Source: Tubiluchus corallicola (taxonomy: Eukaryota; Animalia; Priapulida). Taken from it: a stretch of DNA of 64,000 nucleotides. This document shows positions 24,101 through 35,450 of the stretch, piece after piece. Each line of letters begins with the position of its first letter. Positions within the stretch are counted from its first letter, which is position 1. Location: the NCBI GenBank assembly GCA_030141605.1, contig JAQGDQ010000188.1:355500-419499 (forward strand), given 5' to 3'. The notes beneath the pieces were generated by a model, which worked only from the letters and a program-made list of their open reading frames with translations, searched no databases and had not been told where the DNA came from. Made by a program: the position numbers and the translations under genes.

Positions 24101-27100
24101 AAGGTCTCAAGGTATGTACGTTACCCACCAACGTATATTATATACTTTTAAAAATGAAGTTTACCAGATTTTGTAGAAACAAGTTTTGTCTAATTGACAC
24201 ACTTTTCATCTTCTTAAAAAATACACAATATACATAAATGGTGCAAACATTTATTTAAAACTTAGTTTTAAAGCTTTGAAGTACAAGAATGTATATTTAA
24301 AAACATAGTATTTCGATTCAAATTACAGAGTTACCAGTAGTTTATAAGAAGACCTTGTTATCAACATCTAATGATAACTCCTATTATGAGAATCAAAGTG
24401 TCGTGTTTTTAAAAATGCATTCGACATCTCTTGTACCTCTTATGTGTATTGTTTATTAAGTTTTATTTTTATAAAAATGTTGCATGTAGATGGTGCTAGT
24501 GTTGCCATTGGCTACCAAAGTCTAATTTTTCTATCTGGTTCCAACAACGAAAATGTTGACGTTATTAATTTTGTAATATGATATATTGAATTTAAATCTT
24601 AAATGCCACCTTCTGGTATGCACTTGTACAGTAGGTACCTTTTAGCAGAGTATTAACTGCTGCATTGGCAGTGTGCCAGGATAACAGCCAGCAGGGAGAT
24701 GACAGTTATTTACAAAAAAAACTGCGATTTGTTTACCTAGAAGTTAATTATCCAAATGCAATTGTTTATTAACTTTTAAAACCTACTTCAGGCCACTAAC
24801 AAAGATACGAATAAACAGATTGTTAAGTTTAACAACACACAAAAAGGATAATATACATAGATTATTTCATTCTTGTAATCCCTGTGCTGTATTAATAGTA
24901 ATTTGTGCGGTAGTACTTAGGCTAACGTAGCTGACTCGCTGATTAAATGTGCAATTAAGTAATTAAGAAGTCTGGCAGATAAAAATCAGTCAAATGCCTT
25001 GTGGGGGGAACACTAACTTTAACGAAATCATGACTTACAGTTCATGTGTTCAGACTCTCAGGGTGTAATAAATGAATGCCTCTCGTTAACATAACAGTTA
25101 AAATTCACCAGTGGTTGTTTTTATTTGTGAATATAAATAATCACAGTTTCTTCATTGCTGTTGAATCTTAACAGTGGTTACCTGACACGTACAAGGAAAA
25201 GGATACCCGGGTCTGATTTTGGCTACCTGTGTAAACACTAGTTAGTGCAGCAAACAAGGTTACCAGAAAGGCTGCATTCATGAACCATGCTAACATCTGG
25301 CAGTACTAGGACTAGTATCATTTATCTAGCAGTACTTTTCTAGTACTTTTGTTCTAGTTAAGTGTTGTTTAAAATTATGTATCTTTTGAAACTATGAAGT
25401 AAGCCATTGTTTTCCACACTGCAGCATCGTCATTAAATTGAATGCATTATAGGTTGTTTGGTGGTAATAATTCTGAAAAACAATCAGACTTCCATTGATA
25501 ATGATATCGATCATTTTTATGGAATTTAGGAAATCTTTAAAATACCTCGAAAACAAGAATCCTCCAGCCATAGCCATCATGAGGAGCATCACAAAGACTC
25601 TGAGCGACATCATTCAGATAGAAATCGGCGAACGCAAGACCGACATGATAGCAGTCGAGATTATCGAGGTAAATCTGGAGGCTCGTTTTCCATGTATTAA
25701 TTAAAATTTATTGCTGTGTACAACTTTTAAAAGACAAATGTATTGTAACTGCTGGCATAATTTAATGCAAAACAATTTTATTGGCAAAAATGAGATTAAA
25801 ATGTTTAATTGCAGAAATATATTATTGTTTGCCGAAGTTGTTTTTCTCTAGGTTTTTACTAAACATTATATTATGCACTTTCGTTTTACAGTTGGGCAGT
25901 GCTTTGATTGTTTTACATTGCACACATATAGTAAGACTGACTTGTGTATCATCACCATAGCACTGTACTTTGCATAAATCTTTCTTTACATTCTTTTGTT
26001 AATTGTCTTTTTCCTAATTAAAGTTACTGAATTGCAGATCGAGACCGAAGTTCCAGTCATGACCGACACAGCAGGGACTGGAAGAGAAGTCGACACGAAT
26101 CTCCTGAAAGATATCGTAGCAGCCGAGACAAATGGAAAGATGATCCTAAACGATCATGCACTTCTGGCGTAAAAACACCTTTGCTGAAAACACCTAAAAC
26201 ACCTGTTAATAAGTAAGTTTGTTGCCATAGCTCATTCATACATGAGATAATTTATGGCACTTGCTTTTCAGTAATGAGCAAGTTCTACTAAAAACGAACT
26301 TGTTCAAGTTCTATGTTTTTTAGGAGCAAAATTAAATTAGTTGAAGTTCAAGTGCTTCCTAGACAGAATGAACTTTATTCAAGCTCAAGTTCATATTTAA
26401 GTTCATGCAAAGTTCAATTTCCAAGTTGTTAGTAACTACCCAAATAGTGCCGCTAACGAGTTAAATGTGTATGTCCGCTGGTGTAGTTATTTTACTAACA
26501 TTCTGGAATTCGTCTTATGCATTATGAATTTTTTTTTTGGTTATTTTTTGCACTTGGGTTTAGAAAAAGCTGGTTGAGCTTGGCTTAATCGGAATTTGAC
26601 TTACGAACGATTTTGTCATCGACAACCCTGCCTGAAGATCTTAAATATTCAGCGTTGAGCACTGACTTAAATTAATGTCGTAATTTTCCGCTATTTAAGT
26701 AACAGAATTTTTTCTTTCAGTTTGATAGGTGGACTTGGAACTTAAATTCAAGCTCGCCTTTTCAATGAATTTACTCACATTCTAGTTAAGTTAATTTTCT
26801 TATAATTGTTAAGTTCCATAGTTCACAAAAAAGTGAACGAGGTTCCCTGAACTCGTTCACAAATGATTGAGTTTGCCCCATCACTGCTGCTTTTGCATAT
26901 TTGTTGCAATTTATAAAATTGTTTTGATTTTATTATTATTATAGAAATTTGGTGGAAATTACCAAAATTAGCAAGGAAGAGAGACGTCAGATGTTTGAAA
27001 TGGAGGTAGCCGAAGAAGAAGCCAAGAAACAATATGTAAGATACAATCTGATCTTATAATTATAATACCATGCCTATTGTACCTTGCAAAACTAGAGTAA

Positions 27101-30100
27101 CTTATCGTAATATTGTACTAATAAGCTCGATACTGGTGCATTAATGTGTTATTAATATTTTACACAAACCTTCTTTCATTAAATACATAGTTTCATATTT
27201 TGAATACTTTAATTTTATTTTGTAGGAAGAACTTATGAAGCAGCATGAAATGGATGTAACTGACACAAACTATCCAGATGCCGCTGGTCCTCCCCCTGAA
27301 TATTACAGTTCTGGATATCCTCCAATACCAAGTGCATCGGATGCACAGTTTGCTCTTCCTGCAGCAGAAATTGATCCTGCTGCTCAGGCAGTTTATTATG
27401 GCCCTGATGGTCAACCCATTCAGTACCATGTGGTACAAGAAGGTCAACCTATTCCCTATCCAGGCCCAGTCGGTGAACCTTATGCTTATCCCTGCCCAGA
27501 TTCTCAACCTATGCAGTATCCCGATTCTAGTGGACCTCAACTTGTGCCATATATTGGTGCAGATGGCCAGCCAGTGCAGTACATTGGACCTGATGGACAG
27601 CCTATCCAGTATCATGTTGGTGCAGATGGTCAACCTGTGCAATATACAGGTCCTGATGGTCAATATTACACAGTTGCTGATCAGCCTTATATAGCTGGTA
27701 ACCAAAACTATGATGATTAAATTAAATAAGGCACTAACTGCATTTATTAACGTGATGAAAATGTGTTTGTTTTTTCTTCTGAACAGCAGTTACATGTTTT
27801 GTAATTTTATTAAAATAATTTGTTATTGCTGCTTTTTGAGCATTGTAGATGCAGTGCAAGTGAGTGAATGTCACTAAAAATTGTTTACTAGTACGTTACT
27901 ATGACAACAAATTCGTGGTAGTGTTCATTAATCATTACTGACCCACTCAACAGTGTGTGTTTCCTAGGGTCCGTAAGTTTAAAATTTATTTTCATACAGT
28001 TTAGTTCAGTTCTCCAAGAATAATTTGTATTATATATTTTCTTTAAAAGTATCAATGAATTTTGCATGTCTGACATAAAATTGTATTGATGTGAAGTGTC
28101 AACCTGGCAGTGCAAGTAATTTACAAAATATCTCGCTTCATAATATTTTAAAGAGAAATTGGCAATCTAATGTTTTAGCGCGTCACAGTTACACCCCAGT
28201 TTTTGCCCCCAGTTGGCGAAGGTTAGCTGGTCAACCAGAAAGGGTTCGATCTTTAAGTAATAACCAGACAACACAAGTTTGATAAACTTTTGGGTCTACA
28301 TAGGGCGACTGAGAATGGTTGATATAACTCCATAGGAAAGGTCAACCTTTTCTGTTTCCCTAGTCTATATAACTATATAGTCATGAGAATGACGGGGGGG
28401 GGGGGGCGTTAAAGCAATAAATTACTTAAAAACTTTTTTTTAATTATATAGTCATCTAAGTGTAGTGAACATATTTTAACTATATGTAGTGCACAGCATT
28501 ATTGCACCATGGCAATAGAATCATAGTAAATCAAATGTCGATTATGACCAGCAATCTGTCGTAATTGTATTTCTTGGCAAAGGTGGCACACCACCATTGT
28601 TTAAGCACACACTTTTGGGATTACACAAAAGGTAAATGTTTCTTAGCAAAGACATTTTCAATTGTTATTGAGTGTATGTATTTAGAATTTAGATGCTATT
28701 TTCTTAATGAAATTCTTAAGTAGTTTACCCAAAAAGCTACATAGGATGTCAACTTTTTTGATAATCATTAGAGGATATTGTTTTTTTTCAGTTGATGCCG
28801 CGGGTCAGCCAATACAGCCTCCCACTAATTACGATTCTAATATCGGACAGCCATCTCCTGCTATAGTTGTTGGTCAACCCATTCCAACTGTACAGCATGG
28901 TCATACCCTGCCTCCAGGCCCTCCTCCACCACCCAGTTTTGAGGGTCAGCAGCCATCACCAAGTTTATCTCAAAGAGTGCTAACATATGATCAAGGCATT
29001 GCTCAAGCAGTAGAGGCTACCAGGCCTGTTGTTGCTGACCACAATCAACCTTTCCAGGTAATTTTCATGTATTGCAACAGTTGTTTGTAGTTGTTACCAT
29101 GAAACCCTGTTTCATTGATGCATTGGAGGTCTGAAACTGCCCCTATTTAGCTTTTGCTTTTTTAATTTGATTAAATGTGAAACAACTGTTTATGTTCATT
29201 TGATTGTTTGGCTTTACATATTGTGATTTGTTTGGGTTGATTTTAGGTACAGCCTCAAGTTGCTGGCTATTTGAATCAACAAGGTCAGTTTGTACAAGCT
29301 CCACCCACCAGTGGTTCCAGCACCACACAGACCATGTTTTACACTACACCTCAGGGCCAGCTGGTATCGTTCCAGCAACCAGTTCAAACTGCAAGTGGCG
29401 TTTCTGCACCAGCAAGTGGACTTGTACTAACTGCTACAGAACAACAACAACAACAAATTCAGCAGTTACAACAGGTACTGCTTATTAGTGTGACTTCATA
29501 TAGTGTTCGTTAGTAGCTGACATTGAATAATGTAGGTCATAAAACATAGTCAGTGGCCATAAACAGGTTTTAAAATCTATTGTAGTGGAAGTTGTGCATG
29601 CAGGCTTCAACAACAAACACTTGTGTACTACATAATGTTTAAAGCTTCTAAAATTGTAGTGCAATTACTATTGATGTAGTAAACGTGTGTTAAACCCAAG
29701 GAATCGACATTTCTTTTCTGGAACTAAAGAATGATTTGGGTGGGTACCAGAGGTCTTCCATAGGAAAAACTGAGATGAATGAATACAAAAAAAATCAAGA
29801 TGCCCATGATTGCTAATTGCTACTCAGTTATTTATTAAAAATTGGTGTCAACTCTTATGTCTTTCTATAACTTCAAAACTATTACTTCCTGCAAACATAT
29901 ACTGTTTATTTGTGAATTGAACAAACTCACAGATCCTGAACAATGCCGTGTTGCAGAAAATTTGCTATGTCTGGAATGTAAGAAGTGCAGTACAAAAAAG
30001 TTTGTGGTGTGCCTTGTTATTTGGTAATAGCTATACAAAATATGCCTTGCTTCTTGCTGTTGCACGTTTTTGCTGCTTTCGCACACCCATAACTTTGTGA

Positions 30101-32416
30101 ATTTGTCTGGAATTGCTGCTCGGTTTTTAACACAACCACAATTATTTTTTTAGGAAAATCTGTTATATTTTTTGTTGCTTCACAGTTATTAAAATGATTT
30201 TTTAATCTATGTTATCTGTTTTTTATGTTCTGTACAGCTCAGGTACCTTATGCATTTATTTGCATCACTTTCCTCTGTGTTTCATCTAAATGTATGTTTT
30301 TCATTTTATTTGAGATTTGACCAAATATGTCAAATAAGTTCATAAGTAATTACATGGCCAAATTTGGAGCAATGCACAAGAAGGCTTGGTTACCATTTTC
30401 AGAATGCAGACCAGTTAGTTTTAATTTTCTGTACATGAAAATTTTAAAGTACACGTGCATTAATCTGGGCGCTAAGTTTCATCTAAGTTTTATTCTTAAG
30501 TTGACCTGATGAATAAATATGACCTTGTATCATCACTGCATGCACCACAATTTGTTTGTGCTGCTGCTTTGTTCCAATAAATCCAGTCTGTGCTTCATCT
30601 GCATCTACATCAGTGTTTTATCTAATTATATATTTTTCAGTTTATTTGAGATTTGACCAAATATATCGAACAAGTTTTTCAGTAAATAATTCGTTGGTGG
30701 TTAACTTTATCTTTCTTGATGTTTATTTTATCTTGTTATAATTTCATTTTTTAGTAGTTGATTAAGTACTGCTAATAACAAACCATTGCTTTATTGTAAA
30801 CAGGTGCAGAAAGCATTGCAGTTACAGCAAACTTTAGCCACACTTACCAGCAGCTTAAACCTGACAAAGCCTAACACTCAAGTTGATGAAGAAGAACCGC
30901 CACCTCCTCCTTCACCACCTAAAGCTAAGCAAGTTAAGCTTCCTCCAAATTGGAAAGCAGCTAAAGACTCTGAAGGCCAAACTTACTACTACCACATAGT
31001 CACCAGGTAAAAAATGCACTTTTGTCGTCTTAAAATTATTAATATGTCTAATAGGTCAGTACATTTTCTTACGGGGTGTAACAATATCACAGTATTTTAT
31101 ATAGACTATTTAATGTTTACTTTAATATGTTTCCTATAATGAATTTTATATTGTACATTAAAATTATTTGGAATGTACTGGTTGATCAAAACAAAATTTC
31201 TTTGACTTGTTGAGCCTTTCGCTTTTTAAAATTTAATATCTGAGAATGTTCTTTGTGGGTTGCATTATTTATTCTTGTAAAATCATCTCATGGTACTTCA
31301 TCATCCTTTCTCTAGAATTTTGTTGTCAATTTATGTGAAGCCGTTTCAAGTCTTTGCCATAAAATATCAATGCCAATCTTATTGAAAGAAGTCTAAGCAT
31401 TTTGCAGTTACACAGCAACAAACAGTTGTTTTTCGGTTTTACGTGAAACTGACATTTTATTAAATTTTAGACAAACTCAATGGGATCCACCTGTATGGGA
31501 AAGTGAAAGTTCTAATGAAAAAGACGACACACCTACTGTCGATGAAGAAGTTTTAGTAAGCAAGCATAAAGAAAAGAAAAAATTAACAACTGCTGCTGCT
31601 GATACTTCTAGTGAGGCAGCAAGAAAAATAAAAGAACAGTTCCGAGCCAAGGTAAGATGTTGCTTTGCTGCTCTAATGTACCCTTTTTTCAAGCCATTTT
31701 GATACGTATACTTTACTACTTTTATATAAACAAAATATATGTGGTTCCGATTTCTGTGGCAAATAAAACGTATGATTCTAAATTGTTTTTTCAGATGTCA
31801 AGTCATATAGTGGCCTGTCTTAATCCGTACCGCAAACCAGACTGCAAAGTTGGATATATATCTAATACAGAGGAATTCAAACATTTAGCACGAAAGGTTA
31901 GCTTTAACCTAAAAGTCACAGTAGTACGAGCATCAATTTATGATTGTTTTTCTTTTGCATTATTCTGCTGGCTTGGGGGATAAAAAGTTCCTTTGACATC
32001 TTGAATGTACTTTGAAATTCGTTGGTTTCTACACGGTGAAATTATATTCGTTATTATAAACTATCAGCAATGGTCTAAAAATGGGTCAACCAATGGACTA
32101 AAAATAAAATGTAAAAAATTAAATAGTTTACACTGATTGCCACATGGGTTTTGTTTTAAATGAACTTTCGAGTTATTTGATCATTTAGCACTAGTTCTTT
32201 ATGCATTAGAGAATTTTACGCCTGCACATCATTGTATTTGTTGCATTATTTCAGTTAACACATGCAGTGATGAGCAAAGAAATGAAACACTGTTATACCG
32301 TGGAAGACTTGGAAGTGAACGAGAGTGTTAAGCACAAAACACGAGATTACGTTCGTAAATACATGGCCAAATTTGGAGCAGTGTACAAAAAGGCTTCGTC
32401 ACCATTTTTAGAATAG
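15163..32416 (+). CDS. SETD2: Histone H3K36 methyltransferase SETD2 (AWS-SET-postSET, WW, SRI), 20 coding exons, about 2011 aa
   Basis: Exons: 15163-15203, 16119-18110, 18251-18434 (AWS), 19042-19118 (KGWGL), 19305-19506 (RFINHSCDPNC), 20067-20164, 21685-21850 (CYCGAVNC), 22197-22325, 22551-22661, 23095-24111, 25530-25668, 26038-26212, 26945-27035, 27226-27697, 28792-29057, 29247-29474, 30804-31006 (WW), 31471-31651, 31795-31896, 32255-32416 (SRI, TAG). All are GT-AG with consistent phases, total 6036 nt. Confidence 0.93.
20314..20678. mobile_element. hAT-like MITE in a SETD2 intron
   Basis: Imperfect TIR TAGTGTTGCTCCGGATA / TATCCAGAATAACATTA; perfect 8-bp TSD GTATCTCG (20306-20313 and 20679-20686). 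Confidence 0.85.
26269..26886. mobile_element. hAT-like MITE in a SETD2 intron
   Basis: TIR CAGTAATGAGCAAGTTC vs CAGTGATGGGGCAAACTC (reverse complement of the right end); 8-bp TSD TTGCTTTT/CTGCTTTT; GAAC/GTTC subterminal motifs. Confidence 0.75.
30345..30490 (+). pseudogene. Diverged intronic copy of the SETD2 last-exon end and 3'UTR start
   Basis: TACATGGCCAAATTTGGAGCA...CAGTTAGTTTT...CTGTACATGAAAATTTT aligns with 32360-32500. Confidence 0.85.
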
Positions 32417-35400
32417 ATCAGTTAGTTTTGATTGTCTGTACATGAAAATTTTTAAATTACATGCATATTAAACTGAGCCCTAAACTTCAGCTTAATTAAT
32501 TTTATGTACTGTATGCATCCTGACTGCATGCATCCAGTCTGTAAATATAGGAATTTAAGTAAGGTGAGACATTTCTTTCAAGGTGAGACAAATAGTTTTA
32601 CCTATCTAACTGACCTAGTTCGTAAGCAATGTACTGTAGAAATTCAACAATACACCAAATTTTTGACCTACAATGCTTTATTCTGAGGAGATTGACTGAC
32701 GATATGCACTCTCTTTTTCCTCAAAGAGTTTTTACTGTGCTTGCAGCTAGAATCTGTTCAATCAATAATGCTTCAGCTCATGTTGCCTGGTGGTTTAGTT
32801 TTACAAAAAACTAAAACCCAAAGGTTACACACTAAAACAACTGATTGTAAACTACCTTGCATCACATTGTAAATATAACCTAGTGTAGTCACCCTACAAG
32901 TATAAATAAAATCAATTGAATTAATTATTAAATAAAACTAATTATAGTGTGGTTAGTTACTTTTAGAAATGTACATGAAACTACTGCATTTAAAGAAATA
33001 AGTTCAAAATCGTTGAAAATTGTACATAGATTACTGCATCGTGTCTGTTCTAGTTAAATTTAGACTGCAGTGCTTGTATAGTGCTTGAATAGCCTTTCAG
33101 ATTGTAAATAATGACACTAGTTAAATTTGATTATTTGTACACGATCGTGTATTTTACCTTCAACGTTTTTATCAGTGTTGGTTGAATATTGATGTGTTTG
33201 TATAGTGTTGATTGAATGTTTTATTGGTTATTATTATAAATGTTTTAACATGGTAATATTTGGCAAGAAGTAAAAGCAGTTATACACTAATATCTTTTGC
33301 CTAAAGTGTACTAGAAAGCTGAAAATAGTGTGGTTCATAAGAACAAAAAACAAATTCATCACAAGTTTTTCTTATCTCATTGTAAATTAACACGTTAATA
33401 TGCAGAGATAAAAACTGGTTTTTGCCTTCATATTCTAGCTGATGTGAATTCACTTGTATAATCTAGGCTGTACTAAAGTGAATATAAATGTGCACAATTT
33501 GCTGTGCTTGAGCACAATTAGACCTGGACAAATTACTCTAATGATGTATAACACTATATAATTCTGTATTCATAAAACAATAGGAAAATGACAACAGTTT
33601 ATTTCTAAATGACAACATCATTAGCTAATGAGGACTGTCTGTCCCGAAATTTGAACAAACGTCAATGCATAACTTGAATATGAATATGTACTAATCAGTG
33701 AAATACCTCACATTGTGTTTGTCGTTTAGAAATGAAATGTGATCTTGCCATATTTGTAAATTGTAATGTAATGTGTTCTGTGGACAGCATTTAATGTCTG
33801 TAGTTGTTTTTTATAATTTAACTGTTTACTTGTTTGAATTTGCACAGTTGTAGTTGAATTAGTCAATAACAGCTTTTTCAAACCCAAATTTAAATTTCAA
33901 AGAACATATTTCAGTAAATATTCCAAAACAGAACATTCATTTAACTTAACTGCTTAGTTGTTATAAATTCCTTAAATTATGTTCCTATAATTGAAAGAAT
34001 TTGGGAGATGTCGTTAAGCCTTTAAAATTAATAGTGCATGTAATTTTACCACTGTGAAAAATAATAATATACATTGTGTTACAATTATTATGTGTGTTTA
34101 TTATATATAATAATGGATTTCACTTACTCAAACTTACTAATTAAAAAGATGTTGATTGACCCCTATGGATTGATCATATGGCAAGCTATGTTAATTTTCT
34201 GCTACTTAACTGAACTTTCTGGCTTCCATGTAAAACTTTTTTCATGGAAATTAGTTATTTTCTGTCCATTTGCATGTGGACTCAAGTGCATTCCCTGTGT
34301 TACTTGACATCAGCAAAATCAAAATTTGTGTTGAGCATGCGGCCCTGCATACTTCCTTATGTTAAGTAACTGTAACTCTGTAAGCTGTTTGATATGAAGC
34401 TTCAACAAATTTTATGAATGTCTGTGTTCCTCTTAGACTGGTAATGTTCAACAATGTTTCTTTGTGATCAGTTGCTACTTAAGACTAAACTGTCATTCAC
34501 AGACATTGACAAGGAAGGTTCGTTTTTGTAACATTCAAGTACTGCGTTATCGCATGCCATATTGATCAATGTGTAAACGAGTGACTGACAAATTGTTCAT
34601 TTTTTATTAAAAACATAATTAACATTAACACCCAGTTTGGGGTATATAGCACAGTAATCAGCCATGACAATAATGATATTGACAGTTTACATCAACGTTA
34701 GTAACTAATCATAACTAGAACAAAATCATGCACCACATTTAGATAATAAAATAATAACTTGATTACATTAACTTAACTTACATTAAATATCCTGCACCTT
34801 GCCCTTCATATTGATAACAAAAACGTGCTAGTCGACATTTTGGGTATAAGCACAATTCATGTATAAAATTAATATCCATCTGTTGAAAAATCTAGAAGGT
34901 TCCTTTACCTCATGCTGTATGTACTTGAGTGTAACGAATGTAGATGATTATATATAATCCCTATCAAAAATATCTATGACAAAAATCTACTAAAGCAAAT
35001 TAAATGCCAAATTCACATACCATATTTAGAAAATTTATTGGATAAACTTAAATAAAAGCTCAAATTTCTATTTACTAAGTGGCAGTAAAAAACCTTGCAA
35101 TAATTATAGTTTCCTGGCTTATACTTTTCCATGATGAATTTAAGTTAAACATATCTTTCTCTTACCGAAAAAAGTAAACTTTAAGCACAACATAATAAGT
35201 GGACTGTAAATCATACCAGGGCATAAGAATTTTAAATGAAATATTAAACTGTTATATGCTTCTTGAATTACCCTATACTTTTAGAAAATTTTTGTCTTTG
35301 TTTAGGTAAATTACAAATTGTAATGCATCATCAATAAAATGGAACCATACAGTTGACCATAACAAAACCCATTTCCAAATCGAAGTTCTAGCTTGTACCC

Positions 35401-35450
35401 ACCCAAACATTCACAGCTCTGAATATCTTTCCTATGAATGTTTGCCTGCG

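Noticed and set aside
30327-30509. 60-aa ORF as an alternative SETD2 terminal coding exon
   Set aside because: An in-frame TGA at 30318 separates it from the nearest acceptor; kept only as a duplicated fragment.
15163-32416. U12-type or AT-AC introns in SETD2
   Set aside because: All modelled donors are ordinary GT; none matches RTATCCTT.
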